Source: Eledone cirrhosa (taxonomy: Eukaryota). From it: DNA of 64,000 nt. The position numbers were made by a program, and so were the translations under genes. Where the stretch lies: contig OZ024740.1 in NCBI GenBank assembly GCA_964016885.1, positions 415,958,001 to 416,022,000 of the forward strand, given 5' to 3'. Positions 27,401 to 42,420 of this stretch are shown one piece after another. The stretch's first letter is position 1; each line of letters begins with the position of its first letter. Below the pieces are notes generated by a model, which saw only the letters and a program-made list of their open reading frames with translations, made no database searches and had not been told where the DNA came from.

Positions 27401-30400
27401 TTATTTACTACTCAAACCTTTAGAATTGCTAAATTTATTAACTACTCAAACCTTTAGAATTGCTCAAATTATTTACTACTCAAACCTTTAGAATTGCTAA
27501 ACTTATTTACTACTCAAACCTTTAGAATTGCTAAATGTATTTACTACTAACACCTTTAGAATTGCTAAATTTATATACTACTCAAACCTTTAGAATTGAT
27601 AAATTTATTTACTACTCAAACCTTTAGAATTGCTAAATTTATTAACTACTCAAACCTTTAGAATTGCTAAAATTATTTACTACTCAAACCTTTAGAATTG
27701 CTAAATTTATTTAATATTCAAACCTTTAGAATTGCTAAATTTATTAACTACTCAAACCTTTAGAATTGCTAAATGTTTTTACTACTCAAACCTTTGGAAT
27801 TGCTCAAATTATTTACTACTCAAACCTTTGGAATTGCTAAATTTATTAACTACTCAAACCTTTAGAATTGCTAAATGTATTTACTACTCAAACCTTTGGA
27901 ATTGCTAAATTTATTTGCTACTCAAACCTTTAGAATTGCTAAATTTATTTACTACTCAAACCGTTAGAATTGCTAAATTTATTTACTACTCAAACCTTTA
28001 GAATTGCTAAATTTATTTACTACTCAAACCTTTAGAATTTGTAAATTTATTTACAACTCAAACCTTTAGAATTGCTAAATTTATTAACTACTGAAACCTT
28101 TAGAATTGCTAAATTTATTTAATATTCAAACCTTTAGAATTGCTAAATTTATTAACTACTCAAACCTTTAGAATTGCTAAATGTTTTTACTACTCAAACC
28201 TTTGGAATTGCTCAAATTATTTACTACTCAAACCTTTAGAATTGCTAAATTTATTAACTAATCAAACCTTTAGAATTGCTAAATGTATTTACTACTCAAA
28301 CCTTTGGAATTGCTAAATTTATTTACTACTCAAACCTCTAGAACTGCTAAATTTATTTACTAATCAAACCTTTAGAATTACTAAATATATTTACTACTCA
28401 AACCTTTTGAATTTGTAAATTTATTTACTACTCAAACCTTTAGAATTGCTTAATTTAATAACTACTCAAACCTTTAGAATTGCTAAATTTATTCACTACT
28501 CAAACCTTTAGAATTGCTAAATTTATTTACTACTCAAACCTTTAGAATTGCTCAAATTATTTACTACTCACACCTTTAGAATTGCTAAATTTATTTACTA
28601 ATCAAACCTTTAGAATTGCTAAATTTATTTACTATTCAAACCTTTAGAATTGCTAAATTTATTTACTAGTCACTCCTTTAGAATTGCTAAATGTATTTAC
28701 TAATCACACCTTTAGAATTGCTAAATTTATTTACAACTCAAACCTTTAGAATTGCTAAATTTATTAACTACTGAAACCTTTAGAATTGCTAAATTTATTC
28801 ACTACTCAAACCTTTAGAATTGCTAAATTTATTTACTACTCAAACCTTTAGAATTGCTAAATTTATTAACTACTCAAACCTTTAGAATTGCTCAAATTAT
28901 TTACTACTCAAACCTTTAGAATTGCTAAACTTATTTACTACTCAAACCTTTAGAATTGCTAAATGTATTTACTACTAACACCTTTAGAATTGCTAAATTT
29001 ATTTACTACTCAAACCTTTAGAATTGCTAAATTTATTTACTACTCAAACCTTTAGAATTGCTAAATTTATTAACTACTCAAACCTTTAGAGTTGCTAAAC
29101 GTATTTACTACTCAAACCTTTGGAATTGCTAAATTTATTTACTACTCAAACCTTTAGAATTGCTAAATTTATTTACTACTCAAACCATTAGAATTGATGA
29201 ATTTATTTACTACTAACACCTTTAGAATTGCTAAAATTATTTACTACTCAAACCTTTAGAATTGCTAAATTTATTTACTATTCAAACCTTTAGAATTGCT
29301 AAATTTATTAACTACTCAAACCTTTAGAATTGCTAAATGTTTTTACTACTCAAACCTTTGGAATTGCTCAAATTATTTACTACTCAAACCTTTAGAATTG
29401 CTAAATTTATTAACTACTCAAACCTTTAGAATTGCTAAATGTATTTACTACTCAAACCTTTGGAATTGCTAAATTTATTTGCTACTCAAACCTTTAGAAT
29501 TGCTAAATTTATTTACTACTCAAACCGTTAGAATTGCTAAATTTATTTACTACTCAAACCTTTAGAATTGCTAAATTTATTTACTACTCAAACCTTTAGA
29601 ATTTGTAAATTTATTTACAACTCAAACCTTTAGAATTGCTAAATTTATTAACTACTGAAACCTTTAGAATTGCTAAATTTATTCACTACTCAAACCTTTA
29701 GAATTGCTAAATTTATTTACTACTCAAACCTTTAGAATTGCTAAATTTATTAACTACTCAAACCTTTAGAATTGCTCAAATTATTTACTACTCAAACCTT
29801 TAGAATTGCTAAACATATTTACTACTCAAACCTTTAGAATTGCTAAATGTATTTACTACTAACACCTTTAGAATTGCTAAATTTATTTACTACTCAAACC
29901 TTTAGAATTGCTAAATTTATTTACTACTCAAACCTTTAGAATTGCTAAATTTATTAACTACTCAAACCTTTAGAATTGCTAAAATTATTTACTACTCAAA
30001 CCTTTAGAATTGCTAAATTTATTTAATATTCAAACCTTTAGAATTGCTAAATTTATTAACTACTCAAACCTTTAGAATTGCTAAATGTTTTTACTACTCA
30101 AACCTTTGGAATTGCTCAAATTATTTACTACTCAAACCTTTGGAATTGCTAAATTTATTAACTACTCAAACCTTTAGAATTGCTAAATGTATTTACTACT
30201 CAAACCTTTGGAATTGCTAAATTTATTTGCTACTCAAACCTTTAGAATTGCTAAATTTATTAACTACTGAAACCTTTAGAATTGCTAAATTTATTCACTA
30301 CTCAAACCTTTAGAATTGCTAAATTTATTTACTACTCAAACCTTTAGAATTGCTAAATTTATTAACTACTCAAACCTTTAGAATTGCTCAAATTATTTAC

Positions 30401-32037
30401 TACTCAAACCTTTAGAATTGCTAAACTTATTTACTACTCAAACCTTTAGAATTGCTAAATGTATTTACTACTAACACCTTTAGAATTGCTAAATTTATTT
30501 ACTACTCAAACCTTTAGAATTGCTAAATTTATTTACTACTCAAACCTTTAGAATTGCTAAATTTATTAACTACTCAAACCTTTAGAATTGCTAAAATTAT
30601 TTACTACTCAAACCTTTAGAATTGCTAAATTTATTTAATATTCAAACCTTTTGAATTGCTAAATTTATTAACTACTCAAACCTTTAGAATTGCTAAATGT
30701 TTTTACTACTCAAACCTTTGGAATTGCTCAAATTATTTACTACTCAAACCTTTAGAATTGCTAAATTTATTAACTAATCAAACCTTTAGAATTGCTAAAT
30801 GTATTTACTACTCAAACCTTTGGAATTGCTAAATTTATTTACTACTCAAACCTCTAGAACTGCTAAATATATTTACTAATCAAACCTTTAGAATTACTAA
30901 ATATATTTACTACTCAAACCTTTTGAATTTGTAAATTTATTTACTACTCAAACCTTTAGAATTGCTTAATTTAATAACTACTCAAACCTTTAGAATTGCT
31001 AAATTTATTCACTACTCAAACCTTTAGAATTGCTAAATTTATTTACTACTCAAACCTTTAGAATTGCTCAAATTATTTACTACTCACACCTTTAGAATTG
31101 CTAAATTTATTTACTAATCAAACCTTTAGAATTGCTAAATTTATTTACTATTCAAACCTTTAGAATTGCTAAATTTATTTACTAGTCACTCCTTTAGAAT
31201 TGCTAAATGTATTTACTAATCACACCTTTAGAATTGCTAAATTTATTTACAACTCAAACCTTTAGAATTGCTAAATTTATTAACTACTGAAACCTTTAGA
31301 ATTGCTAAATTTATTCACTACTCAAACCTTTAGAATTGCTAAATTTATTTACTACTCAAACCTTTAGAATTGCTAAATTTATTAACTACTCAAACCTTTA
31401 GAATTGCTCAAATTATTTACTACTCAAACCTTTAGAATTGCTAAACTTATTTACTACTCAAACCTTTAGAATTGCTAAATGTATTTACTACTAACACCTT
31501 TAGAATTGCTAAATTTATATACTACTCAAACCTTTAGAATTGATAAATTTATTTACTACTCAAACCTTTAGAATTGCTAAATTTATTAACTACTCAAACC
31601 TTTAGAATTGCTAAAATTATTTACTACTCAAACCTTTAGAATTGCTAAATTTATTTAATATTCAAACCTTTAGAATTGCTAAATTTATTAACTACTCAAA
31701 CCTTTAGAATTGCTAAATGTTTTTACTACTCAAACCTTTGGAATTGCTCAAATTATTTACTACTCAAACCTTTGGAATTGCTAAATTTATTAACTACTCA
31801 AACCTTTAGAATTGCTAAATGTATTTACTACTCAAACCTTTGGAATTGCTAAATTTATTTGCTACTCAAACCTTTAGAATTGCTAAATTTATTTACTACT
31901 CAAACCGTTAGAATTGCTAAATTTATTTACTACTCAAACCTTTAGAATTGCTAAATTTATTTACTACTCAAACCTTTAGAATTTGTAAATTTATTTACAA
32001 CTCAAACCTTTAGAATTGCTAAATTTATTAACTACTG
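21428..32037. repeat. Derived super-HOR series: 3,945 bp + 2,720 bp + 3,944 bp (116-, 80- and 116-mers)
   Basis: Anchor spacings 680/884/612/1020/749, then 680/884/408/748, then 680/884/612/1020/748. The shared rare variant AATATTCAAACCTTTTGAA is at ~23,975 and ~30,640. Confidence 0.8.
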
Positions 32038-35000
32038 AAACCTTTAGAATTGCTAAATTTATTTAATATTCAAACCTTTAGAATTGCTAAATTTATTAAC
32101 TACTCAAACCTTTAGAATTGCTAAATGTTTTTACTACTCAAACCTTTGGAATTGCTCAAATTATTTACTACTCAAACCTTTAGAATTGCTAAATTTATTA
32201 ACTAATCAAACCTTTAGAATTGCTAAATGTATTTACTACTCAAACCTTTGGAATTGCTAAATTTATTTACTACTCAAACCTCTAGAACTGCTAAATTTAT
32301 TTACTAATCAAACCTTTAGAATTACTAAATATATTTACTACTCAAACCTTTTGAATTTGTAAATTTATTTACTACTCAAACCTTTAGAATTGCTTAATTT
32401 AATAACTACTCAAACCTTTAGAATTGCTAAATTTATTCACTACTCAAACCTTTAGAATTGCTAAATTTATTTACTACTCAAACCTTTAGAATTGCTCAAA
32501 TTATTTACTACTCACACCTTTAGAATTGCTAAATTTATTTACTAATCAAACCTTTAGAATTGCTAAATTTATTTACTATTCAAACCTTTAGAATTACTAA
32601 ATTTATTTACTAGTCACTCCTTTAGAATTGCTAAATGTATTTACTAATCACACCTTTAGAATTGCTAAATTTATTTACAACTCAAACCTTTAGAATTGCT
32701 AAATTTATTAACTACTGAAACCTTTAGAATTGCTAAATTTATTCACTACTCAAACCTTTAGAATTGCTAAATTTATTTACTACTCAAACCTTTAGAATTG
32801 CTAAATTTATTAACTACTCAAACCTTTAGAATTGCTCAAATTATTTACTACTCAAACCTTTAGAATTGCTAAACTTATTTACTACTCAAACCTTTAGAAT
32901 TGCTAAATGTATTTACTACTAACACCTTTAGAATTGCTAAATTTATATACTACTCAAACCTTTAGAATTGATAAATTTATTTACTACTCAAACCTTTAGA
33001 ATTGCTAAATTTATTAACTACTCAAACCTTTAGAATTGCTAAAATTATTTACTACTCAAACCTTTAGAATTGCTAAATTTATTTAATATTCAAACCTTTA
33101 GAATTGCTAAATTTATTAACTACTCAAACCTTTAGAATTGCTAAATGTTTTTACTACTCAAACCTTTGGAATTGCTCAAATTATTTACTACTCAAACCTT
33201 TGGAATTGCTAAATTTATTAACTACTCAAACCTTTAGAATTGCTAAATGTATTTACTACTCAAACCTTTGGAATTGCTAAATTTATTTGCTACTCAAACC
33301 TTTAGAATTGCTAAATTTATTTACTACTCAAACCGTTAGAATTGCTAAATTTATTTACTACTCAAACCTTTAGAATTGCTAAATTTATTTACTACTCAAA
33401 CCTTTAGAATTTGTAAATTTATTTACAACTCAAACCTTTAGAATTGCTAAATTTATTAACTACTGAAACCTTTAGAATTGCTAAATTTATTTACTACTCA
33501 AACCTTTAGAATTGCTAAATTTATTAACTACTCAAACCTTTAGAATTGCTCAAATTATTTACTACTCAAACCTTTAGAATTGCTAAACTTATTTACTACT
33601 CAAACCTTTAGAATTGCTAAATGTATTTACTACTAACACCTTTAGAATTGCTAAATTTATTTACTACTCAAACCTTTAGAATTGCTAAATTTATTTACTA
33701 CTCAAACCTTTAGAATTGCTAAATTTATTAACTACTCAAACCTTTAGAATTGCTAAAATTATTTACTACTCAAACCTTTAGAATTGCTAAATTTATTTAA
33801 TATTCAAACCTTTAGAATTGCTAAATTTATTAACTACTCAAACCTTTAGAATTGCTAAATGTTTTTACTACTCAAACCTTTGGAATTGCTCAAATTATTT
33901 ACTACTCAAACCTTTAGAATTGCTAAATTTATTAACTACTCAAACCTTTAGAATTGCTAAATGTATTTACTACTCAAACCTTTGGAATTGCTAAATTTAT
34001 TTACTACTCAAACCTCTAGAACTGCTAAATTTATTTACTAATCAAACCTTTAGAATTACTAAATATATTTACTACTCAAACCTTTTGAATTTGTAAATTT
34101 ATTTACTACTCAAACCTTTAGAATTGCTTAATTTAATAACTACTCAAACCTTTAGAATTGCTAAATTTATTCACTACTCAAACCTTTAGAATTGCTAAAT
34201 TTATTTACTACTCAAACCTTTAGAATTGCTCAAATTATTTACTACTCACACCTTTAGAATTGCTAAATTTATTTACTAATCAAACCTTTAGAATTGCTAA
34301 ATTTATTTACTATTCAAACCTTTAGAATTGCTAAATTTATTTACTAGTCACTCCTTTAGAATTGCTAAATGTATTTACTAATCACACCTTTAGAATTGCT
34401 AAATTTATTTACAACTCAAACCTTTAGAATTGCTAAATTTATTAACTACTGAAACCTTTAGAATTGCTAAATTTATTCACTACTCAAACCTTTAGAATTG
34501 CTAAATTTATTTACTACTCAAACCTTTAGAATTGCTAAATTTATTAACTACTCAAACCTTTAGAATTGCTCAAATTATTTACTACTCAAACCTTTAGAAT
34601 TGCTAAACTTATTTACTACTCAAACCTTTAGAATTGCTAAATGTATTTACTACTAACACCTTTAGAATTGCTAAATTTATTTACTACTCAAACCTTTAGA
34701 ATTGCTAAATTTATTTACTACTCAAACCTTTAGAATTGCTAAATTTATTAACTACTCAAACCTTTAGAATTGCTAAAATTATTTACTACTCAAACCTTTA
34801 GAATTGCTAAATTTATTTAATATTCAAACCTTTAGAATTGCTAAATTTATTAACTACTCAAACCTTTAGAATTGCTAAATGTTTTTACTACTCAAACCTT
34901 TGGAATTGCTCAAATTATTTACTACTCAAACCTTTAGAATTGCTAAATTTATTAACTAATCAAACCTTTAGAATTGCTAAATGTATTTACTACTCAAACC

Positions 35001-38000
35001 TTTGGAATTGCTAAATTTATTTACTACTCAAACCTCTAGAACTGCTAAATTTATTTACTAATCAAACCTTTAGAATTACTAAATATATTTACTACTCAAA
35101 CCTTTTGAATTTGTAAATTTATTTACTACTCAAACCTTTAGAATTGCTTAATTTAATAACTACTCAAACCTTTAGAATTGCTAAATTTATTCACTACTCA
35201 AACCTTTAGAATTGCTAAATTTATTTACTACTCAAACCTTTAGAATTGCTCAAATTATTTACTACTCACACCTTTAGAATTGCTAAATTTATTTACTAAT
35301 CAAACCTTTAGAATTGCTAAATTTATTTACTATTCAAACCTTTAGAATTGCTAAATTTATTTACTAGTCACTCCTTTAGAATTGCTAAATGTATTTACTA
35401 ATCACACCTTTAGAATTGCTAAATTTATTTACAACTCAAACCTTTAGAATTGCTAAATTTATTAACTACTGAAACCTTTAGAATTGCTAAATTTATTCAC
35501 TACTCAAACCTTTAGAATTGCTAAATTTATTTACTACTCAAACCTTTAGAATTGCTAAATTTATTAACTACTCAAACCTTTAGAATTGCTCAAATTATTT
35601 ACTACTCAAACCTTTAGAATTGCTAAACTTATTTACTACTCAAACCTTTAGAATTGCTAAATGTATTTACTACTAACACCTTTAGAATTGCTAAATTTAT
35701 TTACTACTCAAACCTTTAGAATTGCTAAATTTATTTACTACTCAAACCTTTAGAATTGCTAAATTTATTAACTACTCAAACCTTTAGAATTGCTAAAATT
35801 ATTTACTACTCAAACCTTTAGAATTGCTAAATTTATTTAATATTCAAACCTTTAGAATTGCTAAATTTATTAACTACTCAAACCTTTAGAATTGCTAAAT
35901 GTTTTTACTACTCAAACCTTTGGAATTGCTCAAATTATTTACTACTCAAACCTTTGGAATTGCTAAATTTATTAACTACTCAAACCTTTAGAATTGCTAA
36001 ATGTATTTACTACTCAAACCTTTGGAATTGCTAAATTTATTTGCTACTCAAACCTTTAGAATTGCTAAATTTATTTACTACTCAAACCGTTAGAATTGCT
36101 AAATTTATTTACTTCTCAAACCTTTAGAATTGCTAAATTTATTTACTACTCAAACCTTTAGAATTTGTAAATTTATTTACAACTCAAACCTTTAGAATTG
36201 CTAAATTTATTAACTACTGAAACCTTTAGAATTGCTAAATTTATTCACTACTCAAACCTTTAGAATTGCTAAATTCATTTACTACTCAAACCTTTAGAAT
36301 TGCTAAATTTATTAACTACTCAAACCTTTAGAATTGCTCAAATTATTTACTACTCAAACCTTTAGAATTGCTAAACTTATTTACTACTCAAACCTTTAGA
36401 ATTGCTAAATGTATTTACTACTAACACCTTTAGAATTGCTAAATTTATTTACTACTCAAACCTTTAGAATTGCTAAATTTATTTACTACTCAAACCTTTA
36501 GAATTGCTAAATTTATTAACTACTCAAACCTTTAGAATTGCTAAAATTATTTACTACTCAAACCTTTAGAATTGCTAAATTTATTTAATATTCAAACCTT
36601 TAGAATTGCTAAATTTATTAACTACTCAAACCTTTAGAATTGCTAAATGTTTTTACTACTCAAACCTTTGGAATTGCTCAAATTATTTACTACTCAAACC
36701 TTTAGAATTGCTAAATTTATTAACTACTCAAACCTTTAGAATTGCTAAATGTATTTACTACTCAAACCTTTGGAATTGCTAAATTTATTTACTACTCAAA
36801 CCTCTAGAACTGCTAAATTTATTTACTAATCAAACCTTTAGAATTACTAAATTTATTTACTACTCAAACCTTTAGAATTGCTTAATTTAATAACTACTCA
36901 AACCTTTAGAACTGCTAAATTTATTCACTACTCAAACCTTTAGAATTGCTAAATTTATTTACTACTCAAACCTTTAGAATTGCTCAAATTATTTACTACT
37001 CACACCTTTAGAATTGCTAAATTTATTTACTAATCAAACCTTTAGAATTGCTAAATTTATTTACTATTCAAACCTTTAGAATTGCTAAATTTATTTACTA
37101 GTCACTCCTTTAGAATTGCTAAATGTATTTACTAATCACACCTTTAGAATTGCTAAATTTATTTACTACTCAAACCTTTAGAATTGCTAAATTTATTTAC
37201 TACTCAAACCTTTAGAATTGCTAAATTTATTTACTATTCAAACCTTTAGAATTGCTAAATTTATTAACTACTCAAACCTTTAGAATTGCGAAATGTATTT
37301 ACTACTCAAACCTTTGGAATTGCTAAATTTATTTACTACTCAAACCTTTAGAATTGCTAAATTTATTTACTACTCAAACCTTTTGAATTGATGAATTTAT
37401 TTACTACTCAAACCTTTAGAATTGCTAAATTTATTTACTACTCAAACCTTTAGAATTGCTAAATTTATTACTACTCAAACCTTTAGAATTGCTAAATTTA
37501 TTAACTACTCAAACCTTTAGAATTGCTAAATTTATTCAATACTCAAACCTGTAGAATTGCTAAATTTATTCACAACTCAAACGTTTTGAATTGCTAAATT
37601 TATTTACTACTCAAACCTTTAGAATTGCTAAATTTATTTACTATTGAAACCTTTAGAATTGCTAAATTTATTAACTACTCAAACCTTTAGAATTGCTAAA
37701 TGTATTTACTACTCAAACCTTTGGAATTGCTAAATTTATTACTACTCAAACCTTTAGAATTGCTAAATTTATTAACTACTCAAACCTTTAGAATTGCTAA
37801 ATTTATTTACTACTCAAACCTTTAGAATTGCTAAATTTATTCACTACTCAAACCTTTAGAATTGCTAAATTTATTCACTACTCAAACCTTTTGAATTGCT
37901 AAATTTATTTACTACTCAAACCTTTAGAATGGCTAAATTTATTAACTACTCAAATCTTTAGAATTGCTCAAATTATTTACTACTCAAACCTTTAGAATTG

Positions 38001-38639
38001 CTAAATTTATTTACTATTCAAACCTTTAGAATTGCTAAATTTATTTACTACTCAAACCTTTAGAATTGCTAAATGTATTTACTACTAACACCTTTAGAAT
38101 TGCTAAATTTATTTACTACTCAAACCTTTAGAATTGCTAAATTTATTTACTACTCAAACCTTTAGTATTGCTAAATTTATTATCTACTCAAACCTTTAGA
38201 ATTGCTAAACGTATTTACTACTCAAACCTTTGGAATTGCTAAATTTATTTACTACTCAAACCTTTAGAATTGCTAAATTTATTAACTACTCAAACCTTTA
38301 GAATTGATAAATTTATTAACTATTCAAACCTATAGAATTGCTAAAATTATTTACTACTCAAACCTTTAGAATTGCTAAATTTATTTACTACTGAAACCTT
38401 TAGAATTGATAAATTTATTTACTACTCAAACCTTTAGAATTGCTAAATTTATTTACTATTCAATCCTTTAGAATTGCTAAATTTATTTACTACTCAAACC
38501 TTTAGAATTGCTAAATTTATTTACTATTCAAACCTTTAGAATTGATGAATTTATTTACTACTCAAACCTTTAGAATTGCTAAATTTATTTACTACTCAAA
38601 CCTTTAGAATTACTAAATTTATTTACTACTCAAACCTTT

Positions 38640-41600
38640 AGAATTGCTAAATGTTTTTACTACTCAAACCTTTGGAATTGCTCAAATTATTTACTACTCA
38701 AACCTTTAGAATTGCTAAATTTATTAACTACTCAAACCTTTAGAATTGCTAAATGTATTTACTACTCAAACCTTTGGAATTGCTAAATTTATTTACTACT
38801 CAAACCTTTAGAATTGCTAAATTTAATAACTACTCAAACCTTTAGAATTGCTAAATTTATTCAATACTCAAACCTTTAGAATTGCTAAATTTATTTACTA
38901 CTCAAACCTTTAGAATTGGTAAATTTATTTACTACTCAAACCTTTAGAATTGCTAAATTTATTTACTATTCAAACCTTTAGAATTGTTAAATTGATTAAC
39001 TAATCAAACCTTTAGAATTGCTAAATGTATTTACTACTCAAACCTTTGGAATTGCTAAATTTATTACTACTCAAACCTTCAGAATTGCTAAATTTATTAA
39101 CTACTCAAACCTTTAGAATTGCTAAATTTATTTACTACTCAAACCTTTAGAATTGCTAAATTTATTCACTACTCAAACCTTTTGAATTGCTAAATTAATT
39201 TACTACACAAACCTTTAGAATTGCTAGATTTATTAACTACTCAAATCTTTAGAATTGCTCAAATTATTTACTACTCAAACCTTTAGAATTGCTAAATTTA
39301 TTTACTATTCAAACCTTTAGAATTGCTAAATTTATTTACTACTCAAACCTTTAGAATTGCTATATTTATTTACTACTCAAACCTTTAGAATTGCTAAATG
39401 TATTTACTACTAACACCTTTAGAATTGCTAAATTTATTTACTACTCAAACCTTTAGAATTGCTAAATTTATTTACTACTCAAACCTTTAGAATTGCTAAA
39501 TTTATTAACTACTCAAACCTTTAGAGTTGCTAAACGTATTTACTACTCAAACCTTTGGATTTGCTAAATTTATTTACTACTCAAACCTTTAGAATTGCTA
39601 AATTTATTTACTACTCAAACCATTAGAATTGATGAATTTATTTACTACTAACACCTTTAGAATCGCTAAAATTATTTACTACTCAAACCTTTAGAATTGC
39701 TAAATTTATTTACTATTCAAACCTTTAGAATTGCTACATTTATTAACTACTCAAACCTTTAGAATTGCTAAATGTTTTTACTACTCAAACCTTTGGAATT
39801 GCTCAAATTATTTACTACTCAAACCTTTAGAATTGCTAAATTTATTAACTACTCAAACGTTTAGAATTGCTAAATGTATTTACTACTCAAACCTTTGGAA
39901 TAGCTAAATTTATTTGCTACTCAAACCTTTAGAATTGCTAAATTTATTTACTACTCAAACCGTTAGAATTGCTAAATTTATTTACTACTCAAACCTTTAG
40001 AATTGCTAAATTTATTTACTACTCAAACCTTTAGAATTTGTAAATTTATTTACAACTCAAACCTTTAGAATTGCTAAATTTATTAACTACTGAAACCTTT
40101 AGAATTGCTAAATTTATTCACTACTCAAACCTTTAGAATTGCTAAATTTATTTACTACTCAAACCTTTAGAATTGCTAAATTTATTAACTACTCAAACCT
40201 TTAGAATTGCTCAAATTATTTACTACTCAAACCTTTAGAATTGCTAAATTTATTTACTACTCAAACCTTTAGAATTGCTAAATGTATTTACTACTAACAC
40301 CTTTAGAATTGCTAAATGTTTTTACTACTCAAACCTTTGGAATTGCTCAAATTATTTACTACTCAAACCTTTAGAATTGCTAAATTTATTAACTACTCAA
40401 ACCTTTAGAATTGCTAAATGTATTTACTACTCAAACCTTTGGAATTGCTAAATTTATTTGCTACTCAAACCTTTAGAATTGCTAAATTTATTTACTACTG
40501 AAACCTTTAGAATTGATAAATTTATTTACTACTCAAACCTTTAGAATTGCTAAATTTATTTACTATTCAATCCTTTAGAATTGCTAAATTTATTTACTAC
40601 TCAAACCTTTAGAATTACTAAATTTGTTTACTACTCAAACCTTTAGAATTGCTAAATGTTTTTACTACTCAAACCTTTGGAATTGCTCAAATTATTTACT
40701 ACTCAAACCTTTAGAATTGCTAAATTTATTAACTACTCAAACCTTTAGAATTGCTAAATGTATTTACTACTCAAACCTTTGGAATTGCTAAATTTATTTA
40801 CTACTCAAACCTTTAGAAATTGTAAATTTATTTACTACTCAAACCTTTAGAATTGCTAAATTTAATAACTACTCAAACCTTTAGAATTGCTAAATTTATT
40901 CAATACTCAAACCTTTAGAATTGCTAAATTTATTTACTACTCAAACCTTTAGAATTGGTAAATTTATTTACTACTCAAACCTTTAGAATTGCTAAATTTA
41001 TTTACTATTCAAACCTTTAGAATTGTTAAATTTATTAACTAATCAAACCTTTAGAATTGCTAAATGTATTTACTACTCAAACCTTTGGAATTGCTAAATT
41101 TATTACTACTCAAACCTTTAGAATTGCTAAATTTATTAACTACTCAAACCTTTAGAATTGCTAAATTTATTTACTACTCAAACCTTTAGAATTGCTAAAT
41201 TTATTCACTACTCAAACCTTTTGAATTGCTAAATTAATTTACTACACAAACCTTTAGAATTGCTAGATTTATTAACTACTCAAACCTTTAGAATTGCTAA
41301 ATTTATTTACTACTCAAACCTTTAGAATTGCTAAATGTATTTACTACTAACACCTTTAGAATTGCTAAATTTATTTACTACTCAAACCTTTAGAATTGCT
41401 AAATTTATTTACTACTCAAACCTTTAGAATTGCTAAATTTATTAACTACTCAAACCTTTAGAGTTGCTAAACGTATTTACTACTCAAACCTTTGGATTTG
41501 CTAAATTTATTTACTACTCAAACCTTTAGAATTGCTAAATTTATTTACTACTCAAACCATTAGAATTGATGAATTTATTTACTACTAACACCTTTAGAAT

Positions 41601-42420
41601 CGCTAAAATTATTTACTACTCAAACCTTTAGAATTGCTAAATTTATTTACTATTCAAACCTTTAGAATTGCTAAATTTATTAACTACTCAAACCTTTAGA
41701 ATTGCTAAATGTTTTTACTACTCAAACCTTTGGAATTGCTCAAATTATTTACTACTCAAACCTTTAGAATTGCTAAATTTATTAACTACTCAAACCTTTA
41801 GAATTGCTAAATGTATTTACTACTCAAACCTTTGGAATAGCTAAATTTATTTGCTACTCAAACCTTTAGAATTGCTAAATTTATTTACTACTCAAACCGT
41901 TAGAATTGCTAAATTTATTTACTACTCAAACCTTTAGAATTGCTAAATTTATTTACTACTCAAACCTTTAGAATTTGTAAATTTATTTACAACTCAAACC
42001 TTTAGAATTGCTAAATTTATTAACTACTGAAACCTTTAGAATTGCTAAATTTATTCACTACTCAAACCTTTAGAATTGCTAAATTTATTTACTACTCAAA
42101 CCTTTAGAATTGCTAAATTTATTAACTACTCAAACCTTTAGAATTGCTCAAATTATTTACTACTCAAACCTTTAGAATTGCTAAACTTATTTACTACTCA
42201 AACCTTTAGAATTGCTAAATGTATTTACTACTAACACCTTTAGAATTGCTAAATGTTTTTACTACTCAAACCTTTGGAATTGCTCAAATTATTTACTACT
42301 CAAACCTTTAGAATTGCTAAATTTATTAACTACTCAAACCTTTAGAATTGCTAAATGTATTTACTACTCAAACCTTTGGAATTGCTAAATTTATTTGCTA
42401 CTCAAACCTTTAGAATTGCT
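38640..42420. repeat. Tandem duplication of ~1.9-2.0 kb within the array
   Basis: GCTAGATT at 39227 and 41266 (+2039). GGATTTG 39557/41494, AATCGC 39664/41601 and GGAATAGC 39902/41839 are all +1937, after a 3-monomer deletion near 41,280. Confidence 0.8.

Larger units (their letters stand above)
650..37100. repeat. Homogeneous HOR core built mainly from 22-mer (748 bp) and 30-mer (1,020 bp) blocks and their whole-monomer deletion derivatives
   Basis: The G of anchor variant ACTGAAACC lies at 932, 1952, 2972, 3720, 4740, 5488, 7458, 8478, 9226, 10246, 10994, 12964 ... 35471, 36219. Spacings are 1020, 748, 1970, 1528, 884, 680, 612, 408 and 986 bp, all multiples of 34 apart from counted 1-bp indels. 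Confidence 0.9.
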
